Source of the DNA: Vicugna vicugna
Lineage: Eukaryota
Reading direction: 5' to 3'
DNA length: 64,000 nucleotides
Assembly: GCA_013265495.1 (NCBI GenBank)
Contig: MU057560.1
Coordinates: 1,252,753-1,316,752 of the forward strand
In this document: positions 1 through 13,200 of the stretch, piece after piece
How the letters are laid out: each line of letters begins with the position of its first letter
Numbering within the stretch: position 1 is the stretch's first letter
Made by a program: the position numbers and the translations under genes
Notes under the pieces: generated by a model
Database searches by the model: none
What the model saw: only the letters and a program-made list of their open reading frames with translations
Told to the model about the DNA's origin: nothing

Positions 1-199
1 AGTTGAACTGTGTGACTCTGGAAGACCCCTGTGCAACTAATTTTGGGAAAAAAGCATTCTACCATCTTTCCTGGGAAGGACCCTTTTCAATAATGGACAA
101 TTTGCTGCTCTGAGCCAGAGGAAGATCACCACGATGCTTCGGTTCCCTAGGTACTCCATGCCTCAAACACTAATCTTATCAGCTATAAAAGCAGGCTGA

Positions 200-300
200 C
201 AAAGTGAATGTAAACAATGTCACCGAACTGTGTGCTTAAGGAAAAGGTAAAATGGCAACTTTCTGTTCTATGTATTTTACTCAACAAGAAAGTTTAAAGA
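200..300 (+). mobile_element. Ancient L1M (L1MB/MC-like) extreme 3' UTR fragment
   Basis: gtgaatgtaaacaatgtcaccgaactgtgtgcttaa...aaaatggcaactttctgttctatgtatttta resembles the terminal segment of L1MB/MC elements (recalled consensus). Confidence 0.6.
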
Positions 301-1866
301 AGGCATGTCTATCCTGGTGGTTTCTGTTTTCTTAAACAGCTATGTATGCATTATACCTAATACATGGTTCTGAACAAATATTTCAAATAAGAAAAACAAG
401 AAGTTTATCCTCGTTTCTTAGACAAGGCGAAGCAGGCAGAGGCAGCAAGCTGCTGGCAGAACGGCACGGGGGGCTCTGAGCTCCGGTCCCGGGTCTTGCT
501 GGTGCTCTGTTCGGTTCTTTGACGAGAACTCTATTTGTGGTTGAGTCCGCGTCTGTTTCTTCACAGTTAAAACGGGCAGAACTATTTCACCGAAGTTGTT
601 ATAAATGAGCCATGTTCACGCGTAGCTCCTGGCTGAGCACCTCACCCACGTAAAGAGCAAACACACGTTCTTTCTCCTGTTGCATCCTTCCCTGCGTCCA
701 GAGGACCCTTTCCATGACGGTTTCCATTTTGGTTGGCATTGGCTTTTGAGGTGACTTTTGTTTGCTGAACTGGTAGACGCTGCCTGGAAAAACTCAACGT
801 ATTTTTCTCCACTATTCAGACTCCCTGAGATTCATTTTTTCTTAATCACCTGCAATAGCATTTTTTTTTCTGTTTGTTGTTTATTTTCACTTTCTAGGAG
901 GGCTAGCAAAACTCATAGCACACTTTTTCTGTACTAGGAAAACCTTTGTGAAACTAAGGCTGATCAGGTAGACACCTTCTGATGCTCTTCCTTGAATAAA
1001 CCGAGTTCTTCAGTCATTCCCACGAGCGACTAAGGGAGGCAAATTTTAATGTCTCCAAATTGCTGATTAAAGACACAGTAGGTTCAAATGGTGTGGACTG
1101 CCTGAATGGACAGTAGCCAGCAGGGTCTCTGGGTTTGTTTGTTTACTTGTTTGTTTAGCGCGATGACTCATTTGGATTTTTAAAGAGTCTAGAAAAGCCT
1201 AATTTAAAATCTCTTGTGTCCTGGCAGAGACTTAACCCTCAGCCCCACGACTACAGTGAGAACCACAGATGCTCTGGCCACGGTGCCGAGGGCACCGGGG
1301 AGCACTGGACGGTGCTCCACCGTGAAGAGAGTCCCACCAGGTATGGACCCCACGCCAGGAGCCGCTCTTGTGCAGAGCTCAACGTGAGCACATAATCACG
1401 GAGAGAACATCACGGGCTATGAGAGACCAAGTTATCAAACACACGACTGTGAATGTGAAGACTTATTTCACAGCAAACTTTTACAATGAGAACATTAATA
1501 TTCTAAAGACCACAGAAGAGAGAGAAAAATAAGGTAGTTACTGTGAACTATATTGAGAAGAAAGCCAAAAGCGTAACCATTCTCCACAGTCCCAGACTGT
1601 GAGTTGTACAGAGGAATTTGCCAAACATTCAGAAATAGTTAATGCCAATAACGCCAAGTCATTCAAGGCCCTTGATGAAAAGAAAAAACACTGTTAATAC
1701 ACGCACATATACATATGGATGATACAAAAATAGCATTTTGAAATTTTTTAAACTGACATTGAAGTCACAAAAAAGAAAACAAAATATTGGCGTGATGTTT
1801 TCAACAGCATGTTAAAAAGGATAACATACAACAAAGTGCAGTGCAATCTTATTAATGAAAGAAAAC

Positions 1867-2261
1867 TGTATTAGGATAAAGTTTAAGAGATACAAAGGGA
1901 CTCCAACCACAAAGTCTTCCATAAAACAGGAGTTTATTTCTCATTCAACATTGCAGTTGATTCAGGTTGGCAAGGGGGCCCTTCCTCTTGGGTCAGTTAG
2001 AGCCCACTTCTTGCCTCTGCATGCCCCTCCGTCCCCGAGTCTGTCCCCTGCTAGACTTCAAGATTCACCACCACACCTGGCCCCAGGCCATGGAGCGGGG
2101 AAAACACTCTACAACAAGAGAAGCAGCAGTTTTACACTTCGTTTCTGTTCCTAGTCCACTGGCAAAAGTCTAGCCATAGGGTCACATCTACAGGAAAACC
2201 AAATGGCATGTGCTCAGAAGGAAAGGAACAACTCATGGTCTACGAGGTAGCTGTGCCAACA
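1867..2261. mobile_element. ERV-L solo LTR, LTR41-like
   Basis: Begins TG (tgtattaggataaagttt) and ends CA (ctgtgccaaca). Contains agtttatttctc and ccactggcaaaagtctagccatagggtcacatcta, matching LTR41/LTR33-type motifs. Confidence 0.55.
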
Positions 2262-2299
2262 CTTCTTTCTGTGCGTGGTAGACACAACACTTCAAGGCT

Positions 2300-2662
2300 T
2301 AAAGATGAAAAGATCAGAGGTTTCCAGGGGTTAGAGGAAAGAGATGCCTAGAAATGCAAGGCGCTGAAACTACCCCTCGTGAAGCTGTAATGACAGATAC
2401 ACGTCATCAAGCGTGTGTCCAAACTTGCACAGTGGACACCACCAGCAGTGGGCCCCACTGTGGCCTGTGGTCTTTGGGTGGTGGTGCTGGGTCAATGCAG
2501 ATTTATCAAGTGCAAAACACGGATCACTCTGGTGAGGGGTAGTGATAATGGGAGAGGCTGTGAATGTGTGAGGTTGGGGAACAGATGGTAAATCTCTCTA
2601 CATTCCTCTCAGTTTTGCTGTGAACCTAAAACTACTCCAAAAAGTAAAGTCTATTAAAAAAT
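2300..2662 (+). mobile_element. L1MC1-like LINE-1 3' UTR
   Basis: Diagnostic terminus aaatctctctacattcctctcagttttgctgtgaacctaaaactactccaaaaagtaaagtctattaaaaaa, preceded by gataatgggagaggctgtg. Confidence 0.8.
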
Positions 2663-2679
2663 AATGTTTTTTATTTGTA

Positions 2680-3600
2680 ATTTTTTATATTGAAAAACAC
2701 CATAAGCAGAATTAAAGGTAAACTATACATGAAGAAAAAGAATGTTAGATTAGTATATAAATGTACTTAACAATTCAATAAGGAACACACCAAGGAGACA
2801 GCTCACAAAATAATGTTTGCAAAATCAATGTATGTTGAATTTCTCCAATAATCAAACTGATAAAAATTCCAAAAACAAAAACATCATTCATATACCACAC
2901 TGACTTTCTTTTTAAGTGTCCAGGTTTATCAAAATTTAAGTGAAAAAGGGAATCATACATCACTAAGGAAAAGGCAGACTGGGCTGTGCTTTCTGGAGAG
3001 ATGCTTGTGAAAAATGGCTTAAAGTATTTAATGTGACTAAATCAATTTAGCCTTGAATTTCATGTCCAGATGTTAAAATTAGAAATGTCAAGAGAGAAGA
3101 ACAGCTATACTATTTAAATGCTGTTTGTAATGATAAAATGTTAGAAAAAATATCCTTATATGGAAATGGTTTATGGTTTATATATGAAACATTCATATGA
3201 TACATTTCTGTGTGGCCGTCAATTATAATATTTCTGACAACACTTCATAAAATAGCAATTTATCCAAAATATTATATGGAAAAATAATATAAAATTAAAA
3301 CGTATACAACATACATAAACTACATATGCATTCCATTAGGATATTCAGTTTTTATAAATGTATGTATAACATTCATACACAGTATAATACAGCCATAAAT
3401 AATCATTCAATAGCATACATATGACATTTCGTCTGTTATCCATACATGTAATTATACACATGTTTGCAGACACATCACTAAATTACACTTGATTTACTTG
3501 GGTAAAGTCATTAATGTAAATTTAATTTATTTTTGTATTTCCTAAATTTTTAGAAATGATCATATATTACAGTCACTGGGAAAATATAATAAAAGTAAAA
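2680..3600 (+). mobile_element. Highly decayed L1ME-like fragments
   Basis: AT-rich, A-skewed sequence with scattered L1 ORF2/3' UTR-like words. Boundaries are approximate. Confidence 0.4.
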
Positions 3601-4091
3601 AAATTATTTCTCCTAAAAATCAAATTTCTTTTTAATAGTTTTACAGGAAAACATACTACTTTTTAAAGACTTTTCAGTTTTTGGAAGTATCAGGTACAAC
3701 AAAGCTGTTGCATTCCTCTCCTCACTGGAAGAACAAAATGTAAGTATGTATGTCAGCTACTCAAGACAATGCGCTCCTTGAAAGTGATTTTTTTTTAATT
3801 TTTGAGGAGCCTAACATATTAATATTTCTCTCCATAGAGTGACTATGAATTAAAACATCTCCAAATCACTTCAAAGTGACTCATTTCAATCAGTCCACAC
3901 ACTGGACTTCAAAGTTGGGAATTTAAATGCCTATCAGATAAAATATCATTATGCCTTCATTATTTTCATCATTATCTGATAATGGGTAAAGTTCAGCCCA
4001 AGAGTCTCATCAAATTCCTAATTTGCCCAAATCTCCCAGGTATACCCTGGCAGAGTATACTGGAGCAAATGGGATGTGGCTAAATCACATG

Positions 4092-4592
4092 AGGACTGGA
4101 TGAAGAAAACGTAGTATATCTATATATAATGGAATACTACTCAGTCATAAAAAAGAATAAAATAATGCCATTTGCAGCAACATGGATGGACCTAGAGATG
4201 GTCATACTAAGTGAAGTAAGCCAGAAAGAGAAAGAAAAATACCATATGAGATCACGCATGTGTGGAATCAAAAAAAAAAAGAAGAAAAGAAAAAAGAAGA
4301 TACTAATGAACTTACCTACAAAAACAAAACAGACTCAGAGACACAGTAAACAAGCTTATGGTTACCAGAGGAAAGGAGTGGGAAAGATCAAAATTGGGAG
4401 TTTGAGATGTGCAATTACTAACTACTATATATGAAACAGATAAAAACAAATTACTGTGCAGCACAGAAATATAGATATATGCAATATCTATAACCTATAG
4501 CAAAAACAAATTTATATATTGTATGTATGACTGAAACATTATTCTGTACACCAGAAATAGACACATTGTAACTGACTATACTTCAATAAAAA
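4092..4592 (+). mobile_element. 5'-truncated lineage-specific LINE-1: ORF2 C-terminus plus 3' UTR
   Basis: ORF 4129 reads MEYYSVIKKNKIMPFAATWMDLEMVILSEVSQKEKEKYHM, the classic L1 ORF2 C-terminus. Ends acattgtaactgactatacttcAATAAA (4585-4590). Confidence 0.95.
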
Positions 4593-7049
4593 TCAGTCAA
4601 TGAATCAATCAACCACACAGAATGACAGAGCCATCGAATGACTCTCACTGGGGAACATAGTTTACCACAAACCCCAGGACTGAAGTCTGACTTTGCTTTC
4701 ATCCAACGTATTTGGACAGGAAGAGGAAGCCAGCCCAGGACTGGCTTCCATTTAAGGTCTCCAGTGCTGACAGGAGAGGGGGCCCTGCCTCACCAGTGGC
4801 TGCACCGGGGCCATCTGTCCAGGCCCTCACTGCCTAACCCAAGAACCCACTGAGCAACCCTGGAAAGCCCACGTGCCAGGGACCCCACAGCCCTGACCTG
4901 CAGCAGCATGCCACCGCCCAGCGTCATCGGGCTGGCCCTCTAGCGGACCTTTCTCTCTGCTCAGCTGGAGTCCGTGGGCAGGAGAAACATGGCTGTGCTA
5001 GGGCAGGGCGCGCCCTGCACTCCCGAGGGCCGAGGCTTTGTTCGGCCTGCATCCAGTGTGGGCCAGAATGCGCCGTTTACAGGCAGTAGGGGCACACGTA
5101 AAAGGAGTCCCTGGGAATTCGATTATAGCTTTTAGGTTTCTGTTTTTACTTTGCAATCTTGAGCCACCTACAAATTAGATTTAGGGGTTCCCAAGTGAGG
5201 GGATGTTTATTACGTTATTTCTCATACTGGCATCAGATCCATGGGACAGCGAGATGGATACATGATCCTAAAATGCAACTTTTGAAGAAAAATCACCCCG
5301 TAGTTCCTCCTGTTGGGCTGCTGGTGATGCCTGGAGAGAGTCAGCAGTGTGAGTGGCGTTGATGGTGCCTCTGGGGCCGCCTCCCCCCTCTTCACACCCT
5401 CCCCCTCAACCTCATAAAGTTAACCAAGAAAGTGCTTCTGTTTCCAAACAACCCGTCCACTAACTTTTAAAGGGCAAAGTTATTCCTCTTACAAGCATGC
5501 ATACTTCGAGGAGCTGCCTCTTCTAACAACAACAACAGCAACGAACCTGAGCACTTGTTACACAGCTGATTTATTGTGTGTCAGTCAGTGTTTTCTGCCG
5601 ATTGCTGCTGTTCTCCTGCAATGAAACTGATGAAAGGACAGAAACTGTGCAGGGTAACATCCTACAATATCAACACTGAATGAGCATATTAAAGCTTTAT
5701 ATCAAGCACATCTATTAATTGCCAGTGTCTTCCTCTAACAACAAGACACACTTAATTTTCTAGGAAGTTGTAGTGTTAGTGACAGTGTAATAATGTGGTT
5801 TAATGTGGCTCTGGTTAGAAATACAATGCCGCTGAGCTGTGGGTCAGTCCAGAAGCCTTGACTTCAGCTCAGGCCCCGGTCCTGGGGCTCACCTCCCGCC
5901 GGGAGAGACCAGAACCTACCTGAGGAGGAGAGAGGCCCCTTTACGCCTTCCGCACATTTCTGCAGTTCTGAAGATCTGCAAAATACAGCATCGTGCATGG
6001 AAGATCTTGTGCTATTGTTTTTTGTTTGTTTGTTTGTTTTAGTTTAGGATTTCAAAGCTTATCTTAAAGACAATAATGCATTATGACAGATGTTCTAACT
6101 GACTGTGAGAGGAGGGAAAAAAATTAAAACTTTAGGAAATCACACATTGAAAGAAACAAAGGAATGTGTTTAGATCAAAGTAGTGACACTCGTCCCACAA
6201 GTCCACTTTAGAACGCTGTGAATGTGCTCAGGACACCAACATACTCTCGAGTACTTTGCCAATTTGGAAGTATTTTCTTTTATTTTTGTCTTATCAAATA
6301 TGTTCAGGTTGGTGGCAGAATGCTTCACATATAGAAACATGGGTTTTTCTTATTTACTGCAACTCATAATGATACAGATAGTTGAGGTTTTATGAAAGAT
6401 TGAATCTTTGTGGATAAAGGGCCTTATGAAACACAATTTTTTTTTCACATCTATGAAACAAAAAATTAAAAGAGCACTCAATTCAGGGGAGAAGTGCAAA
6501 ACTATGAGGCTACACCCAGTCACAGTCAAATATCATCACGGTGGTTGGCGCTGAATCACATCATCCAGATTCTCTGACCCGCGTGCTGGTGGGGAAGGTA
6601 TAAATGAGTGGGGAGAGTATCTCACACTAGTTCAAACTCTTTATTGCAAGTGACAGAAAACAGAGTCCGCTGCTGCGAAACAGTGAAAATAATTATCATT
6701 TGTTTATGAGTAGGAAGAAAAAAGTGTTAAATAAATCCAAGGGAAGGAAATATTTAGAGCTGCTCCAGGGAGTTTGCTGGCCTTGACCCTTGAACTCTAC
6801 CATTAATTTATCTAAGGTCCCAATTCCATGTCTTCATATTTCTCAGTGCAAACTGTGTTCAGACAAAAGGAGCATGGCTGAGTCTAGTAAATGGTGGGCT
6901 ATGTTATGATGAAAACATAAGCGGCGTGAGCCAGAAAGTCCCCAGGAAGAGGGGCCCATCAGGGACTGGACGGGATGTCCGTGGTGCGAGCTCCTCAGCA
7001 CGTGATGGCGGGGAGGGCGTGCCCAGCGTTCCCGGATTTCCTCCCAGGC

Positions 7050-7600
7050 CCTGTGACAGGACCACCCACAGGCGTTTTCTTTTTCATCACAACATACTGC
7101 TGGGTCTTCCCCTGATTTTGATGTGAAGAAACAGAGGCTCAGGAAGGTGCCCAAAGCAACAAAGCTAGTGAGAACCAGAACCTGGACTTCAAGGTCGGGT
7201 CCACCTGACTCTCAGTCCTTCGAAATCCCTTCCCTCTCTCAGCACGGTGTTCTATGTTCTAGGAACGCAGACCCGGAACGCAGGGTCAAATGAGGGCCGC
7301 GTATCGACAGAAGATCGCTGTCTCTTCCCCTGGGCTGTCTTCAGAATGAACCCGAGACGGAAGCAGCAGAAGGTGATGTCGAAGAGCTGAGTTACGGGGC
7401 CAGACTTTCAGGACACTTTGCTGGGTGCGTTGCTTTGGCCACATTCATTTTCGCCAAATACAAAGTGGAGATAATGATGGTATTTGCTTGCAGGATTGCT
7501 GGATGAAATATACAAAATAACCTACGGAAAATGTTGACATCACTGCTTGGCGCTGGCGTATGCAGCTACACATTTTATATCATTTTATTATTATTTTATG
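7050..7600. mobile_element. Two MIR SINE fragments (about 7050-7215 minus, 7380-7600 plus)
   Basis: MIR core words: gatgtgaagaaacagaggctcaggaaggtgcccaaagcaacaaagctagtgag and aaagtggagataatgatggtatttgcttgcaggattgct. Confidence 0.6.
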
Positions 7601-9541
7601 TATTATTATTTTTATTTGGCTACATCTATCAGCTTGAATAATTTGTTTTTATTCTTCATCTGACTTGCATTGGAGAGCAGACTTAGGAGCCCCCTTCAGC
7701 CTCACGTGTTTTCATCTGCCTTGAGGAGTTGTCGGGAGAGGAGCTTTGTTGTGAAGGAGACGCCCTTTCAGAACAGGGGACAGAGGATCATTAGAAATAA
7801 TAATGGCAGGAGCATCCCATACCTACTACTTGTGTTATTTATTATTAAGGACATTAGTGATTGAACATTAAACATTTCGATAAACGTTTATGTTTGTCAG
7901 GTTCTCCCGAGACTCCAGGCGGTCCCCATGTCACTCGCGTGAAGTGAAACTCGCAGGAAGGGACGGGGAAGAATTCCGAAGTTCCCTCGGTCGTCAGCTC
8001 GCTGAAGACAGGGACGAGGAGTCAGGCAGAAGACAAGCGGCTTTCTAACGTGCAGCTGGACCCCAGCCCAGGGTTCCTGGATTCATCCCCACGTGGCTCT
8101 TCCTCAGGGAAGGTTTATTTAGACAGAGTCGCATTTCCTCATCTTCCTAGTCCAGGCTTGACGTTCTCCAGGACATATTATTTGAGCTCGTGGGTTCTAA
8201 CCACAAAGAACACTCACCTGCGGAGACTTCTCCTTCACAACCATCATCCCAGCTGACGTGCGAGGAGGCTGCCGAGCAAGGGCGACCAAATACGTAATGG
8301 AAAACACACACACACACAGTTTAGGATTTTCCTGCCTATGACAGAAAAGCGCTCCAAATGAGAATTTCAGGTGATCGGTAAGGTAACACTTCGGCGACTC
8401 AGGCCAGGCCAGGGTGTCCCCTCCTTAATGACAGCAGGTGGCCATTTACTCTTTATTCTGGTGAAGTGCTTTAACAAGTGCACTTGTTACATTTTCCAAA
8501 ACATCACAGGCTACAAATTAATTTCCTATAGCTTTACTAGATTTGTCTCATAATAACATTTTGTTGCTACAAATATGTGGTCAAATACTGAAATAAATGA
8601 GAACAAAGATTTTTTTTAAAATTTATGACCAGGTTCTGAAGGAGATTGCATATTAATGAAAAGACAAAAGTTGAAGAACTTTCCACGGCCGTAAACAGCA
8701 GAGTGCTAATGTGCAGCACAGAGCACGTCTGTGTGTGCCCGTTATAAAATCACACATTAATATCCTCATTAATAGGAAAGTATTTTGAAAACACGTAAGT
8801 AAGATGTAGATAAAAATCACCTGTATTCGCTCCAGCTCAGAAGTTATTACAGCTATTGCCATGGGCACCATTTTGGGTCTTTATGCCTAGATTATATGAA
8901 TGAGTTCAGAGTGTATAACCTGCTTTATAAGCTATTTTTATTCCACGCTCTATCTTCATATGTGGCTACATTTATGAATATAATATAATCCTAAATAGCT
9001 GCATGATGTCTTATTTTAAGAATTTACTACCATTTTCTTCACCAAATCTCTGTTATTAAACAAGTATTTTGTTTTCAATTTCTTATTATTACAGAGTTGC
9101 AGCGAATATCCTTGTAAACACTGGTGAATCTACATGTAAATTCTTTGCTATCCTTAGGTAAGATCTCAGTAACAGAAGACCTTGCCATGCACCGGCGTGA
9201 TTAATGGTTCCAATAAGAATGTCAAGTGGGCTTCCATCGAGACGTCGGCCTCCCTGTCGGCAGTGCGTGGGGCGCCTGCTGCTTCTGCTCTCCAGTCCAT
9301 GTTAGATCATTTCAGAAACACTGTCTGTTAGCTATTTAAGGGGTAAAAGTGCTGTCAGATTTTGCTGACAAGCTTTGCTGGTACTACGCATGTGAGTTCC
9401 TGCGTGTGTCCTGCACAGACGTGCCGATGTGTGTACGTGCCTGTGTGTGCCTGCAGGGTCTCATGTGCATGCGTACTTGGCTGCATGTGTGTATGCATTT
9501 GTGCTCGAGCATCTGTACATATGTGTGTATACACATAGATT

Positions 9542-9563
9542 TGTGTGTGTGTGTGTGTGTGTG
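9542..9563. repeat. (TG)n microsatellite within a degenerate TG-rich tract (9385-9563)
   Basis: Directly visible, about 11 TG units. Confidence 0.95.
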
Positions 9564-10238
9564 TTGTGGGTTTTGCCTAGATTTGGGAAAGAAAGGGAAG
9601 AAGAGCTTATATTTGAATTTTCGAAATCCTGAAATCCTGGAAACCTATCTCTTCTTTTACAAACGACGTTCTCAAGCCTGCAGGCGCCTCTTGTCTTCCG
9701 CTCCCCAAATCCCCACACAGGATGGGGCCTCCGTCCCTCTCCCCCAAGTTCCCCGGAATCTTCTCTAGTGAAGAGCAAGGCAACCGTCCTAGTCTCCCCT
9801 GTTTCTATCCTCCTGAGCTTCCCCACAGTCAGCAAAATTAAGACTTACGTAAGTTATTAGAAAGTTGTAAGAATGTCATAAATTTCAAACTCCTGCCGTC
9901 ATAAATGCATATTTTAAAGCCCTGTTGGACTTATTCAATTAAATCATTACCTCGTCTCACCTGACACCCTTTTCATAAATAAGCATTCTCATCGTTTCCT
10001 TCTCATTTTAAATGTCGTCTTGCCAGAAGGGCTGGAATGACCAGGAGAAGGGATGGCTGGAATGCTGCCCCCTACGCCGGCTTTACAGACCTTCTCCTGA
10101 AAGCGGGTGCTCCGTGGGCCTTTTATAAATGCGCAGGCCACGGGCAAGTTCCAAGGCTCTGGCTTTTGGGTAGGTTGCCCGCCAGGGTTTGGTGTACAGG
10201 TGTTTGGTTGTGTGGGCGTGTCTGTCCACACGAGCACA

Positions 10239-10264
10239 TGTGTGTGTGTGTGTGTGTGTGTGTG
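10239..10264. repeat. (TG)n microsatellite
   Basis: Directly visible, about 13 TG units. Confidence 0.95.
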
Positions 10265-13200
10265 CCTCCAATGTAATAATGTGCTGAAACCCAAGCTCTG
10301 GGCCCCAAACCCACCCGGAGCAGACTCTGGAGCACAGAGCAAGCGCCTCCCCACAGAGCGCTGGGCGGCCTTGTCTGCCACTCTCCCTGCAGGATTTGCT
10401 GGGGCTAAATTCATGTTCACGTAGAAGCAGTTGTTTGGCTCCAAGACCTTCCCCTCTGAGGCTGGCAGCCTATGGACTGGATTCTGCTTAGATCCTTCAC
10501 CAGCCGAGGGAACAGCAGGAACCTTTTCATGCCGTGTTAGCCAGCTCGTGCCCTCCAGGGGGCCAGGTGACGGGCTCACTCTGTATTGTATGTTGGTAAT
10601 TATCCAAACACAGGATAACAGGCCTTCAGGTGGGTTCCCCCTCCCCCGCCCATGCAGAAATTCACAGGCGTGTGCACTTGTGCTCACATCTCAGTTTTGT
10701 TTGATCTCTACCTGCCTTTTGTGAGTTTCAGAGTCTTCCTTCCCTCCCACCTTGCATAAGCACACGTGTCCGTAGAAACGAGTGTGTTACGTGTGGCAGA
10801 ACACGGCTGCTTCTACGTGGACGGCGGCCACTTCCAAGCCTACGATCGCCGGCCACGCAGACAGGTCACCCGGGAGCCAATCCTGTCATGGTGACGGGTC
10901 AGTCACCGAGTCTGATTGTGCTGTAAGCACATCTTTATGGAAAATTCTTATTCAGTCACTAAGGAGCAGATATAAGGAGACTGATTTCCCCGAAGCATCA
11001 GTGTGGCCACATCATTTTCTACCTCAAATGCCTCGAGCGGCGTGCCAAGGCTCAGACGCCCAACTGGAGCTCAAAGCCCAGGATGAAGAGGAAGCCGTCC
11101 TTGCGCCTTCCCCCCCGCTCCCCGCCACTTTCACAAGCCTCGCGCCCGCTGCAGTCACCTGCCTGTGCGCCTTCACCCGGTGGCTGTGTTTTTCTCCTTG
11201 TTCACGCTCACGTTTGGATTCTACACATCTTTCTAAGAATGCTCCGAGTGACCCTCCCGCCAGAGAACCAGGGAACCTCGGGGAGCCTCTGCTTCCTCTC
11301 CTGTCAGGCCAGCGGCTGCCCTTCCTTCACCCACAAGCACACTTCACTCCTCACAGCCCCATCACCACGTCGCTCCGGTGCCGGGCCGCGCTGAGAAGTG
11401 GGGTGGAGACAGGCTCGGGGCTGCCTTTGACTCAAAGCCCTGCTATGTTGAGGCTTTATAATGTCTTTGCACTACATAAATCTTCCCTAAACTTGGTCCT
11501 TTCTGTGAAAAATGGGATAATGACCACTGTGGGGGCCACTGCTGGTTGGTGGCTCCAATCCTATTCAGAAGTGTCGCTAGAGAACTAAAAACTGTATTTT
11601 TCAGACTAATTGAAGCAAAGATTCTAGACGTATTGTCACTTCTGCCATTCAAACTGACTTGGAATGCTGGATTTGCAAACGGATCACGCCTGGTTGCGGT
11701 GGCGTGCGAGACACCCATTCTGCGACGTGTGCCGGGAGCTGCTGGCCGCGTTGTGGGCTCAGGGGTCAGCCGCGACGTCCCGACACCGCGGGGCCAGTGG
11801 CTCCCCGGATGGCAGGTCTAGTCTGCACATTATCGTGTTCGTCAGCCTCGAAGCTTTGGTCTCGACTGCTTTTCTTCAGTCCTTCTGACAACCGGTAGCC
11901 TACAATAAATTCTTTTTTGCTTAAATTAGCAAGGATGGGTTTCAATCTATGTGACTGAAACCAGGGACATAGAACGATTTTCCAGAATGCTTGTGGCAAC
12001 TAAATGAACGAATACCCTCACCTCTTACAATAACCCTTTACAGACAGAGAGCGTGTTGCCTTTTTCTCAATTAAAAATAATCTTACCTTGCTAACCGCAC
12101 GTTTCTCAGCTGCGGGACATCCTGACACTCGCTCGCTGAGGATGAAACCAGGGCTGACCCATCTCACCGCTGTTCTAAGCACCCGGCACGACGTACTTCT
12201 ACATGCCTAGTGCCCACGGATGCATCTGAATCAGGTAAAGGGCGATAAGGACTGTTTTCCGCACGACTGATGCATTTTTTAACTAATTAAACTGCCACGA
12301 GCCACTGTCAGTTCTGGCATTTTTTTAAAGAAGAAACAGAGAAAACCTTGTTGCTAGTCTTGATTTTCTTTTAACCTCAACGACCAAGTGAAAAGCTAAA
12401 AATGCGATGTGCGCAGCTTGGTTTTAATTCGCTCACACTGATCGCCTTCTTCGCTGATGGTACCTTTCAGGGACCGGGAGAAATGAGCACAACCATTGCT
12501 TGCCTTTTGTCTTAGGAGCTGTGGTCTGAAGCCCCATCTTTAGACTCTCTGTGTGAAACGCCAGAGGGTCTTCCTACAGGGGGAGCGTGTGCTTCATTTC
12601 AGGGTGCAAAGGAGAACAGGAGACCCTGTCAACACAGTGGCCCTCGTGAAATTCCACCAACCGTACCCCAAGCCTCATGTGCTCGTCTTCCTCACCTCCT
12701 CGGGGCGGAGTTCACCGGCTTACGTGGAGCTCTTGGAAACACTGGTGGAAGACAGACCCAGTTCCCATTTGCTTATGATGCTTTGAAAAGAGTTATTCGT
12801 TGCCTTTATGGGGCTGAGCCTCTGTCTTCCCACTGAGCCTCCGCACCGTGCCTCCAGACCGATCAGCATCTAGTCCCTCCTCCCACCCCCGGGCCCCCAG
12901 TGACCCCGTCTGACCCAACTGAAATTGATTTTGTTGTTGAACTCCTGGCTGGTGCAAATTAATCTCAGATCCATACGAGATCAGGGAAGCAAGACAGAGA
13001 ATACAAAGACCTCAAGTACTGGGGGAAAATTAGTTCTGGAGAAGGCATTTTAAGTTTGGCAAGATAAATGTTCACAATGACTTGCTTTGATAGAACATCT
13101 GTAGGAAGGGGAAGAGGCAGACGGGGCCTCTCGGAGAAAGGCTGTAATTTAATAGCCTAATTTCCTGCCCAGTCCTGCAAAAATATCTGCCTGTGCCTGA

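Noticed and set aside
6971..6991. Partial RE1 match TGTCCGTGGTGC
   Set aside because: It lacks the essential TGA of the GGTGCTGA half-site.
9349..10687. Long ORFs with VCVCV/HTHTH runs (up to 232 aa)
   Set aside because: They are read-throughs of TG/CA microsatellites in GC-rich DNA, with no recognisable domain.
10782..11588. Longest ORF (268 aa, GTG start)
   Set aside because: Composition is that of random GC-rich sequence, it runs into a MIR-like segment, and I recognise no homology.
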